Shown here piece after piece: positions 35,819-46,151 of a DNA stretch of 64,000 nt; the stretch's first letter is position 1; every line of letters begins with the position of its first letter. Source of the DNA: an uncultured Clostridium sp. (GTDB lineage Bacteria > Bacillota > Clostridia > TANB77 > CAG-508). The position numbers and the translations under genes are program-made. The DNA lies in assembly GCA_947647595.1 (NCBI GenBank), contig CANSKZ010000005.1, positions 53,569 through 117,568 on the forward strand, given 5' to 3'. Under the pieces are notes generated by a model, which was not told the DNA's origin, searched no databases, and was given only the letters and a program-made list of their open reading frames with translations.

Positions 35819-36724
35819 TTATTCAATCACTGCACCAATCATTCCAGCATCATTTCCTAAAATGGCAGTTTCAATTATGATGTCTTCCCTTTCGTTAAAC
35901 AACTGTGTTTTTTCAAGAATCTTGTTCTTTAGCCTTTGCAATAATACTTCTTCAAAATAAACAAAACTACCGCCTATCCCAATTGCTTCTGGTTCAAAAA
36001 TATTGACTAAATTACAAATTCCTATGCTCAAATCTTCGATATATTCTTCTAATATCTTTTCTATTTTTTCATAATTTTCTTGCCCTTGTTTATTATTTTT
36101 AATAAGATTCAATAAATCTTCTCCACTTGTTGTTTCATCATATCCTAACTCTTTTCGCAAATTATCTTTTAACGCTTTCATAGAGGCATATTGTTGCCAA
36201 CATCCTTTTTTGCCACATTTGCATAGTTTTCCATTTTTTTCAATTGCCATATGACCTACTTCACAACCTGGTTTATCTCCCGTATCCAACAGTTTATGTT
36301 CAATAATAACCGCTCCACCAATTCCTGTACCCAACGTGAAAAATAAACTTCTTTTATATTTTTTCAAAAGTCCATATGCATCTTCCGCAATGGCTGCACA
36401 TTTTGCATCATTTCTCATTTTTATGGGAAGCTTTATTTTTTCTTGTAACTTTTTTACTATTTCATAATTCTCAAACCCAAGATTAGATGCTTTTATAATT
36501 GTATCATGACCTACATTTCCTGGCACAGACAATCCCATTCCTGTTATTTTATATTTTTTCATAAAGTCATTTGTCTGTTCAACAATATAAGTTTCAATTG
36601 CTTTTTCAACATCTTGTTTTTCAGCACTCATCAGTCTTTTTTCACTTTTTTCTATTATCTTACCATTGGTGTCTACAATTCCAACCCCAATATGACTTCC
36701 ACCAATATCAATTCCTATCTTCAT
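35819..36724 (-). CDS. ROK-family sugar kinase (glucokinase-like)
   Basis: MKIGIDIGGSHIGVGIVD ATP-binding N-terminus and CKCGKKGCWQQYAS ROK zinc motif. It has its own RBS AAAGGAGAAAAAAATG. In the ORF track it is fused to the upstream DUF2207 ORF. Confidence 0.85.
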   Translation of the reverse strand: MKIGIDIGGSHIGVGIVDTNGKIIEKSEKRLMSAEKQDVEKAIETYIVEQTNDFMKKYKITGMGLSVPGNVGHDTIIKASNLGFENYEIVKKLQEKIKLPIKMRNDAKCAAIAEDAYGLLKKYKRSLFFTLGTGIGGAVIIEHKLLDTGDKPGCEVGHMAIEKNGKLCKCGKKGCWQQYASMKALKDNLRKELGYDETTSGEDLLNLIKNNKQGQENYEKIEKILEEYIEDLSIGICNLVNIFEPEAIGIGGSFVYFEEVLLQRLKNKILEKTQLFNEREDIIIETAILGNDAGMIGAVIE

Positions 36725-36746
36725 TTTTTTCTCCTTTTTGAAATTT

Positions 36747-38632
36747 TTAACGTCCGCCCATTCCGACCACCGCCTCCACCGGCCGCCGCCTCCGCTAGAG
36801 AATCCTCCACCAGAACCTGAACCGCTACTTGAACTAGAATGCGCCGCTGAATAAGCTGACTTATAAGCCGAATAAGCACTATTGGTACTTTTATTTAAGT
36901 CCCCTATAAATCCATTCGCAAATCTTGTATCTGACATCAAATATAGATACGTATAAGTCCTGTTATCCAAATTTTCCATTTGTGGATAAACTACTTTCAA
37001 TTGTTTCACTACTTTATCCGAAATTCCAAAAACCGTAGCATACACTAAATATTTTTCCCATAAAACTAAATCTGGAATCTCTTTGTCTTTCAGTAATGAA
37101 AAATCTTCCATATAATTTTTAAGACCCGCCCATTGTTGCTTTTCTATTTCTCCTTGTTCTGTTAGTACAGGAATTCGTTTCGCTGTTTTCGATAAAAGAA
37201 TCGCACTAATTATCCATTCTAATATAATTGGTGCCAAAAGCATTGATATGGGAGCTAAGAAAAGCCCACAACCAATCGTCACCATGATATAAATCATTGA
37301 TTTTGCTGTATATCTTGAAGCTTGCTCTCCTGCTACTAAATCATAATTTTGACATTCTTCTTGTGCTTCTTTAGCGTAGTCTCTTAAATCATTCATAAGC
37401 AATTCACATTTATCATAATGTTTTTGCATGCATTTTTCGATTTGCTCCATTGTAACTGTCTTTTCTTTTGAAACTCCAGCTGGCCATGTTAAAATCCCAT
37501 AAACAAGTCTTTCTGTCTTTTTTAAAGCATTATCCATTGGTTTTAGCAAACGAATTCGAATGTCCTTTTTCCCTTCTTTTTCAAAAGAAATATAACCTTT
37601 TAAGCATAATTGCAATAGAGTAGCTGAAATAATATAATTTTCTTTTCCTTTCAGCTTTAAATAGTATAAAAATGCAGCATCTGCTGGTGTCGCATCCTTT
37701 TCTCTTGGAATATCTCTAAAATATTTTCCAATATCAATCTCATAAGGATTTTTCGGAAACGACTTCATTTCTTTCCAATAACGTAATACTTTTTTTCCAA
37801 AAAATAAAAATATAACAATATAAATTACCGCTATTCCTATAAAAATTGCCTTCGCTTTTCTTCTTTCGCGATTTGCTTGATTCGCCCATTCTGTCTCCTC
37901 AACGATAATTTCCTCAAGTTTTCTTTGAGGCGAATTTCTTATACTTTTTGAAAAAATAGGTTCTTCTACAACAACTCTTACTTCCAACATTGTTTGTGGT
38001 TCCAAATCTTCTATCTCAAACTTCACAGCATCCTTGGAAATCCTAGAAATCTCCCCATTTAATGGACCATGTGCCCATACTCGTAAACTTTCCAAATCAA
38101 GAACTGCTTGAGGCAATTTTATCGTTCCTGTTATTTTCTTAGCTGACATCCCATTATTGATTCCTATAAACTGCCAATACAATTCACTACAATCCTGATA
38201 CACCGAAACTACATTTTCAACTGTATAAGAAATCTCATATTGTTTTCTTGCAGAAGAATTATCCAATCCGACACCCCAAGCAATCTCAAATTTCCCATTA
38301 GAAACTGGCAAACCATAATAACATCCTTTTGTTACATGATACATTTCTTCATCAATTTTACTTAATGCCAATTCTGTATCCAAATCTTTTACCTTCACAT
38401 TTGTTATTCCAGAATATTTACTTTTATCTAAGTCAAAATCTTTAAATACTGTATTGGTTTCGCGAATCTCAATATCCCAAGTTTCAACGACTTCCATATC
38501 GCCATTCTCGTTTAATTGAACATCATAGTGCAATGAATTTAGTTTTTGGGTTCCTGCATAACAACGATTTTGCAAGCAAAAAATCATTCCTAGAAAAAAT
38601 AAAGCAAACAAAATCTTTTGATTTCGTGTCAT
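36747..38632 (-). CDS. DUF2207-family membrane protein with Gly-rich C-terminal tail
   Basis: Signal/TM N-terminus, DUF2207-like extracellular domain, TM helices, SSSSGSGSGGGFSSGGGG tail. The 3' end depends on how two CGG codons (36779..36781 and 36763..36765) are read. The end given assumes both are skipped (stop TAA at 36747..36749). Confidence 0.7.
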
Positions 38633-38656
38633 CTTTCTTTCCTCCCTTTCTTATGT

Positions 38657-39580
38657 TTATTCTTCAAATATTTTATCGATTACTTTGCGATAAATTTCTT
38701 TTCCAATTTCATAGCCATTTGGCATCAATTCGCAAAATTTTTTAATACATACCTTTGAATTTACTTCCATAATCGAAATTTCTTTATCTTTCGTTACAAC
38801 AATATCCACTGAAGCAAAAGTAAGTCCTAGTACATTCCCTGCTTTTTTCGCAATCGTTTTTATTTTTTCTGCATATACATCATTTTCATCAACAAACAAT
38901 GGAATCGCACCATTGCTTAAATTATGTTTCCAGCCAACCATTACTTTTTCATCTTGATTAAGAATTTTTTGAAAATCTAAATTGGAATCTGGTTCTTCTA
39001 AATATTTTAATTGCTTTTCTATTAATTCTCGTATATTTGATTTTCCATCACCAACCACAAATGGTTTTTGTTTTTTATAAAGATAAATAATTTCTCCTGC
39101 TAAAAATATTGCTCGATACTCATATTCCACTTCCAAATAAGGACATACCACAACTGCTGGTATTTCTTTTTCAAATATTTCTTTTACAATTTGCTTTTTT
39201 TCATTTTCTATTTCAGACACATAAACATCTTTTCCCTGTAAAGAATCATTTGCTTTTATAACCTGCTTTTTCGTATTTTTTAAAATTTCATAATCACCAT
39301 TAATCGTCTCAACATTTGGCATCATTTTTTCATTAAAAAGGACAGCATGCTCAATTATAGGCAAATCGTAATAGCGTAATAATTCATACGTCGAATATTT
39401 ATCCTTAGCAATTTCTGAACTTATTTTGGTATTCAAATAAAAATTTCCGTTGATGAGTTTTTTATGAACATTTCCTTTTTTCAAGATTGAAATCCAGTCG
39501 TAAGAAATATCGATTTTTTCGATTCCTTTTTCCCTGCAAATCTCTTCAATCCACTTTTTTTTATTATTTTCTTCTTTCAT
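38657..39580 (-). CDS. ATP-grasp fold protein (function unknown)
   Basis: 307 aa. C-terminal ISIMEVNSK (E-x-N metal-binding motif) and general ATP-grasp spacing. Low-resolution call. Confidence 0.45.
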   Translation of the reverse strand: MKEENNKKKWIEEICREKGIEKIDISYDWISILKKGNVHKKLINGNFYLNTKISSEIAKDKYSTYELLRYYDLPIIEHAVLFNEKMMPNVETINGDYEILKNTKKQVIKANDSLQGKDVYVSEIENEKKQIVKEIFEKEIPAVVVCPYLEVEYEYRAIFLAGEIIYLYKKQKPFVVGDGKSNIRELIEKQLKYLEEPDSNLDFQKILNQDEKVMVGWKHNLSNGAIPLFVDENDVYAEKIKTIAKKAGNVLGLTFASVDIVVTKDKEISIMEVNSKVCIKKFCELMPNGYEIGKEIYRKVIDKIFEE

Positions 39581-39646
39581 TTTTTAAGCACCATTCTTTC
39601 ATTTTTATTCTATCTAATTTATTACGAACAGTCAAGAGAATTTTTC

Positions 39647-39675
39647 TTGACATTTCAATTATTTTATGTTATACT
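39647..39675 (+). promoter_or_regulatory. Consensus sigma-A promoter with no annotated downstream gene
   Basis: TTGACA (39647..39652), a 17-nt spacer, then TATACT (39670..39675). Confidence 0.6.
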
Positions 39676-39834
39676 ATAATTGTAAACACGATATATATTA
39701 CATAAAAGGAAGGTGATGCAAATGCAATCATCCCAAAATACCCGGAAACTTAGGAGAAAAAAATTGAGGTATGGCACTGTTTTTTAGTGTTAACCCAAAT
39801 TCCTCCTTAATTATGGGTTTATGTACAAGTGCAG

Positions 39835-39873
39835 AGAATCCTATGGAAAACCATAGGATTCTTTGTTTTATTT
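39835..39873 (+). terminator. Rho-independent terminator closing the orphan ~190-nt transcription unit
   Basis: agaatcctatgg-aaaa-ccataggattct 12-bp perfect stem followed by ttgttttattt. Confidence 0.7.
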
Positions 39874-39879
39874 CATTTT

Positions 39880-40551
39880 CTATTTTTCTCTTGCTAAAAT
39901 AACTAATCTGGCACTAGAATCATTATTACAGGTTGAAAGTGAAATCTCTCTTGCACCTTCTGTATCTCTTTGCATGTATTTTGCATCACTTGGCGTTGTT
40001 TGGAACATATCATAAATTGAATAGGTAATTCTGGTTCCCGTTTGGTCTGTAATATAAATCACATCGCCTTTGGATAATTTGCGGTTGTCTGAAAAGAACA
40101 ATCCATTTCGATAATTATGCCCTACAATGGTTGTATTTCCTGGTTTGTTCAAACCAGTACCATATAAAATAGCAACTGATGTTTCTAACGATTTTTTCGT
40201 TACTTCTGATAAAATTGGAAGATTGACATTGGTTTTAGGAATCTCAATGGTTCCCATTACTTCATACCCTTCCATATAAACTTTTTTGGCTTCTGTTTTT
40301 GTCTGAGAACTTTCGATTCCATTAATCGAATCCAATGGATTTTGTACTTCCCCTTCTTCCTTATCACTACCATTCTCAAATTCTCTTCTTACGGAAGCAT
40401 TCGAAAATTGGTCGATAATTTCCTTTGCTTTTTCATTTTTAGATTTTACGGCATACATATCATATACAAAATATCCCACTGTTCCGACAATTCCAATAAT
40501 AACAATTATCAAAATAACCGTTAATACTTTACTATATTTACTATTAAACAT
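39880..40551 (-). CDS. Sortase family transpeptidase
   Basis: 223 aa. N-terminal TM helix, IVGHNY motif and LSTC catalytic-cysteine motif. Paralogous in layout to 17352..17963. Confidence 0.8.
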   Translation of the reverse strand: MFNSKYSKVLTVILIIVIIGIVGTVGYFVYDMYAVKSKNEKAKEIIDQFSNASVRREFENGSDKEEGEVQNPLDSINGIESSQTKTEAKKVYMEGYEVMGTIEIPKTNVNLPILSEVTKKSLETSVAILYGTGLNKPGNTTIVGHNYRNGLFFSDNRKLSKGDVIYITDQTGTRITYSIYDMFQTTPSDAKYMQRDTEGAREISLSTCNNDSSARLVILAREK

Positions 40552-40599
40552 ATTATTTCATCTCCTTTTTCTTAAGTTTATATAATATTCTTATTTATA

Positions 40600-41473
40600 T
40601 TATAACATATTTCTTTTGTTTTTGCAAGTTTTATGTCGATTTTTCACGCTCTTTTCCCTCAAAAACTTTAAATATATCAGTTTTCGTAATTTACTTGGCA
40701 TAAGACATACCAATGTATGTCCTCCCATTGTCATCATATAATCTTTCAAAGAATAAAACCCATTTTGATATTGTTCTGTTTTAAATTTCAACATTTGTTT
40801 TAAATAAAATAATCCGTCCTCTTCTTTGATAAAAATTTTCCTCTGTTCTCATATAAACCAAAACTTCTTGTAAATTGTAAAATTGACAGCCATTTTTAAG
40901 CATTCGAATCCATAAATCATAATCTTCAAAATATAAATAATCGCGATAATTTCCAACTTCTAACACTTTACTTTTTCGTAACATCATGGACGAATGAGCA
41001 CATGGATTTCTTTTTTTGGCAAATTCACAAATTTTTTCGTTTTTCTCTGGTAAAAGACGATAGCCTGTTATTTGTTTGATAGATTTCTCAAATTCAGCCA
41101 CAATACTGCCAACGGCGTCAATTTTTGTGTTTTCATTTAATATTTGTATTTCCTTTTCACAGCGATTGCTAACTGCAATATCATCTGAATCCATTCTTGC
41201 AATATATTCAAAATTACATTTTTCGACACCAATGGCTAATGATTTTCCAAGACCTAAATTCTTCGGATTTTGGAAAACTAAAAATGGAATTTTACTTTGT
41301 TTTTCATATTTTTCAATTATCAATTCTAATTCTTTTGGTAATTTTCCATCTTTTATTAATACAAATTCAGATGGTAAAATTGTTTGTTTTAGCATACTAT
41401 CTATAGCTTCTTGTAAATGTTGCGGTTTTTCTTCTTTATATACACTCATTAATACACTATATTTTTGTTCCAT
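40600..41473 (-). CDS. Family 2 glycosyltransferase, interrupted by one +1 break
   Basis: YSVLMSVYKEEKPQHLQEAIDSMLKQT and DSDD motifs. The 0-frame ends 10 codons after an in-frame CGG (ccg 40814..40816). Skipping the C gives RRGGLFYLKQMLKFKTEQYQNGFYSLKDYMM..., continuous with ORF 40600..40794. Confidence 0.85.
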
Positions 41474-43995
41474 TTTTCTCTATTTCCTCTATTTGGTTCT
41501 GCGCTTTTTGCTTGTATTCCAACAAAGCTTTTAAATATTCTTCTTGTTCTTCATTCGCTTTCATGCTTTCTTCGATATAGGTTTTACTTTCTTCGTATTC
41601 GTCTAAATTTAGTTGATAAAATTTTCGTGCTAATTCTCTCAATTGTATTTGTTCTAACTCTTTTTCTACTATTTGACTTTTTTCTAATAATTTTTGTGCT
41701 GTCTGATTGATTTCACTCATTCTTTTTAAATAGCTATACGAATTATAACGTCTTTGCACTTTATTCTTTTGGAACAAATTCAAGCCTTCTTCAATATTTT
41801 TTATCATTTCTTCATTTTTTCCTTGTCCTAGTAAATGAAGGGAACAATTGATAAATCTGGTTTGCATATCAAATCGTTCATAATATTTTTCATGTTTTAA
41901 TAATGCTTTCACATTTTCTAAGATTTCTTCTGTATACAAAATATCTTTTTCAGGATATTTAACCTGATAAGCCTCAATCAACTTAATTTGCTTTACCTTA
42001 AATTCACGATTATAAGGCAACTTTTGATTCCATTTCCTATATAAATTATATTTTTCTTCGAAACTTGTTTCAACTGTAACTTTATATCTTAATTCTATAT
42101 CACTCCAAAAAAGTTTTATATTCATACATAAAAAGAGAATATTGATTCCAATGAAAATTCCTTTTGTTATCCAATTTTCTTTTCCTGCTTTTTTAGAATC
42201 TACTGTAGAATTAGGAAACGTATTTAATATTCCAAAACAAACAAATGTTATAAATAATAGATAATAAAAAGATAAATCAAAATCCAAAAAGCTATGTAAA
42301 ATCATGGTTAGCACTGCAAAAAGAATAGAATGATATACAACATGAGACATTTCTTTTTCAATCAAATAACCAATTTTCAATACCATAACAAGAATTCCCA
42401 AATAAGCTACCACTCCGCACAACACCAAATTCTAACAAAATTTGTACTGGATAACTATGTACTTCTCTTGCTACATAATTATAATCTTGTATTTCGCCAT
42501 AACGATAATGCCATCCGTCTCCCCCAATGCCAAACAACCAGTTATCTTTGGCTAACGTCAAAGCATCTGTTATGTATACTCCCCTTTCCCATACACTCTG
42601 TGTTTTAAAATTAATATTTTCTACTTTGCTCACCAAATCATACGGCAAAAATTTATAATTTAGATAATGCTGTTTTCCATTAATTTCGAAATTTTTAATT
42701 TCCAATTTTGTATTTTCTGTTGAATACGCAGTTATAAATTCTAAGTAAATATCCGTTGTTAAGGAATCTGTATGAACTTCTATTTCTTTTTTGCCTTGGT
42801 AATCTCCAAAAGAAATTTTGGTATTTTTTATATTTTCCCAATATTTATCTTTTTCCAAAACAATAATTTGAAAAATATCTTGCTCATCAATTGTTTTAGC
42901 TTCTAAATCAAAGGTAAGAAAATACGTTTCATCGCCTTTGATATTACTTAAATGTCTTTCTATTTTCTTTTCTGCATTTGGCGTATGAAATAAAATTAAA
43001 TTTTCTGGTGTTTTTACCATTAAAATTAAACACACAAGTAATAAAATACTACTTACTATACTTATTTTTACTATGGTTTGTTTTTCAATTACAAATAATT
43101 TTTTATTGATTTTTTTGAAAATTATAGAAAACATAAAAGCGATTATCGAAAAACATAAAAAACTCATCCAAATCCCAAAATCATTTCCCGAAGCTAAAAA
43201 TTTTCGAAATACTGCCGCCTGTAAAATAGCTAAAATTCCTGTAACAATAAATATCTCTATGATTTCAATTCGTGCCTTTTTTTCTCTCGTTAGTAAAATA
43301 AATATCAAACTCATAAATCCCATCATTAAAAACATCATTCTTGATAGAGTTAAAATTAGACCTGAAAAAAGAATTACTATCATGGCTTGGTTTAGACCTT
43401 TGATTACTACTTTTGAGGATTTTAGAATTTGTCCTAATGCTAAAAATATACCAAATCCAGCTGTAACAGCTAAACTATTAGCATAACTAAAAAACGAGGT
43501 AAGTCGTACTTCTCCTTGGTATAAATTGGTAGTATTTAAAATTTCATTTAAGGGTTCAAAATAATTGGTTGTTAATCGATCTATGCCTAATAAAACTAAT
43601 AAAACTGAAATTATAAGCATAGTATACACCAAACAATCGATTGCCATTTCGTTTTTATTTATGGTTTCTTTTGCAATTAAATAAGCAAAAAAAATGGATT
43701 CATATTTTGATACAAAAAGAATACTATCGCAAAAACTGGTATACGTTTTAAATAGAATGGGAATGCAGGAAGAAAGGCATAATAAAAACACAAAAATGTC
43801 CATTTTATTTTGAAATATTTTTTCTCTTTTCCTTGCCTTTTGGACTAAATAAAGAATCGCAACCACATTCATTAAAACATATATGATTTGTACATTATTT
43901 TTAGCTGGTGAACCAACAAGAATTCCTGATAAAAAGATTATAACTACTAATATTAATGTTAATATTGTTTTTACATTCAGTTGTACTTTCTCCAC
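41457..43995 (-). CDS. Large O-antigen-ligase/polymerase-like polytopic membrane protein with C-terminal helical repeat domain, interrupted by one +1 break
   Basis: ORF 42358..43995 has more than 10 TM helices plus an extracytoplasmic domain. ORF 41457..42428 continues with TM helices and TPR-like helices. They join at an in-frame CGG (ccg 42415..42417): EFGVV-G-VVAYLGILVMVL. GTG start behind AAGGAG. Confidence 0.7.
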
Positions 43996-44317
43996 TTTTT
44001 GCTCCTTTTTTGGTTTATTTTTGACTGTTTTTATTATATCTTTATTTCAAAAAAATGACAATAACTTTTGGCATAAAATTAAAAAGAAATAATCTAAATG
44101 ATTATTTCTTTGAACTCTCCTTATCTTTTATTTATCATGTTTATGTCAATTTGTCAATTGACTGAGAATGGTAAAGCTCGCTTGTTACACTCTTTAGTAG
44201 CTACCCCATAAGTTATTAGTTTCTTCCCATAAATATTTCTACTATTTTAAGGTATAGCACCACTAATTAAACATGGTGCTACTTGTCCTCTTTCTTCAAA
44301 TCCCATAAAGCATTGAT

Positions 44318-45211
44318 TTATTTGTAATTATAATTAATCGTTGCATTTTTTAGCGCATTATTACTACTCCCTATATTTATTGAATTCCATTGTGATTCCG
44401 TTCCTGCATAATTTACTGTTGATAAATTATCACACCCACCGAAAACCATATAGCCGATACTTTTTAAAGTTGTAGGTAATTCGACTTCTGTTAAATTTTT
44501 TGTATTATAAAGCGCCTCAAGCTCAATACTTTCTATTCCTGTATTAAAAACTATTTTAGTAATTTGACTAGGATACCTCAAGTAGCAATCTGTTGGATTT
44601 GTATCACAAATTTCTTCAGCCCATATATTGATTCGATTCTCATCCACAGTCGCTCTACCAACTTTAGTAATGCTTATATTTCCATTGTCTGTTTTTATGA
44701 GGCTAGGAATTATCACCGTTCCGCTACTCGTATCGCCCTTGTATTGCAACAATGTAGCATTCCCGAAGGAATCAACCTCATATTTCCAGTCCTTTGGATT
44801 TAAATAAACTTTTTCATCTTCAGTTTTCATTATTAATCCTTTTTCTGCACTATAACTTCCTACAACTTTACTATCTGTTCCCTCTTTATCTTTAAGCCTT
44901 ACTTCTCCAGTATCCTGAGCAAATATTATTGTTCCTGATGGTATGTCCTTTCCATTTAATTTATTTTGGATATATTCATCTGCTGAAGCAAATGTTTCTT
45001 TATCTTCATAATACGCAATTCTTAATTCCGAAATTGCTAATTCAATTTCTTCTTTCAAACTTTCTGTATTACTTTTGCTTACTGCTTTTTCTGCTCGATT
45101 TAATATTCCTTCGTTTCCTGCTACTAATCTTAGCGAAACGCCTGCTAAAATTAATAATACAATAATTGTAATTACTAACGCTATAAGCGTTATACCTCTA
45201 TTTTCTTTCAT
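44318..45211 (-). CDS. Prepilin-type N-terminal methylation-domain protein fused to a BspA-type leucine-rich repeat domain
   Basis: MKENRGITLIALVITIIVLLILAGVSL is a class III (type IV pilin-like) signal. The C-terminus IESIELEALYNTKNLTEVELPTTLKSIGYMVFGGCDNLSTVNY is LRR_5-like. Confidence 0.75.
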   Translation of the reverse strand: MKENRGITLIALVITIIVLLILAGVSLRLVAGNEGILNRAEKAVSKSNTESLKEEIELAISELRIAYYEDKETFASADEYIQNKLNGKDIPSGTIIFAQDTGEVRLKDKEGTDSKVVGSYSAEKGLIMKTEDEKVYLNPKDWKYEVDSFGNATLLQYKGDTSSGTVIIPSLIKTDNGNISITKVGRATVDENRINIWAEEICDTNPTDCYLRYPSQITKIVFNTGIESIELEALYNTKNLTEVELPTTLKSIGYMVFGGCDNLSTVNYAGTESQWNSINIGSSNNALKNATINYNYK

Positions 45212-45363
45212 TTTCTTCTCCTTTTCTAATAATTTTATTTTCTGTCTTTTAATTTTGCACGTAAAAAAACAATCTATACCATATTAAGGTGGGTCAAGAC
45301 CTCCTTTTACGTATAAATTGTTTTTGTTTGCATGATTATAAAACGCATTTATTGCGTTATTTT

Positions 45364-45462
<99 letters not shown>

Positions 45463-45484
45463 CTTTTGTTCTCCTTTTATATTA

Positions 45485-45513
45485 AATATACTTTATCTCC
45501 TAAATTTTGTCAA
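45485..45513 (-). promoter_or_regulatory. Near-consensus sigma-A promoter driving the micro-ORF / pilin-LRR gene
   Basis: Minus strand TTGACA (plus 45508..45513), 17 nt, then TATATT (plus 45485..45490). Confidence 0.55.
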
Positions 45514-45635
45514 GATAATTTCAATCCTACTTCTCATCTACTTGAAAAAATAAATAGAGAGTATAAGAATTACTTTCTCTCTCATTAAAAATAATTCTTA
45601 TACTCTCTATCAGCTAATTTTTTTCGAATAAAATT

Positions 45636-45974
45636 TTAGGATTGCTTTAACTCCAACGTTGAAACTCTTTTTTCAAGACCAAAAATATTCACTTCATTTC
45701 GATCAACTCTTTGATCTAATTTGCGAATTTTCTCAGATTTTTCTAAATTTTTGTCCATCTCTAAACTGACTGAATCAAAAATAACATCAATTTTTCTACC
45801 ATACTCACTTTCGAATAAAAATTGTTGATCCAAAATTTCTTTTGTTCGTTGATTCATTTCTTCTCGTAAATCATCGATTTTTTCATCGATTTTGTTATCC
45901 ATTTCATCAAGCCTTTGATCTATTCCAGCGAGTTTTTTCTTGATTTCAAGCAATATCACCATATTCTCTTCCAT
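45636..45974 (-). CDS. Coiled-coil hypothetical protein
   Basis: Likely start MEENMVILLE at 45974 behind AAAGGAGGAAG. The sequence is heptad-rich. Confidence 0.5.
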   Translation of the reverse strand: MEENMVILLEIKKKLAGIDQRLDEMDNKIDEKIDDLREEMNQRTKEILDQQFLFESEYGRKIDVIFDSVSLEMDKNLEKSEKIRKLDQRVDRNEVNIFGLEKRVSTLELKQS

Positions 45975-46151
45975 TTTTCTTCCTCCTTTCTTAATTAATT
46001 TGTGTTTAAATCTTAGCATATTTTCAACAATTTTGCAAGAAAATTTTATTTTTTGATTCGACTTTTTTCGACATCTTCCTTCCAAATAGCCCCTCTTGCT
46101 TTTTTCTATCCTTTTATGATATAATATTCAAAAATCAAAGGAGGACAAAAA

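Noticed and set aside
36506-36820. 104-aa plus-strand ORF ending in RPPPPPAAASARESS
   Set aside because: It is the antisense reading of the Gly-rich tail of the DUF2207 gene and the 5' end of the ROK gene.
40781-42428. Treating 40600..40794, 40781..41473, 41457..42428 and 42358..43995 as four independent genes
   Set aside because: The fragments are collinear with single GT2 and O-antigen-ligase-like proteins. Each pair overlaps across a CGG site in the +1 relationship.
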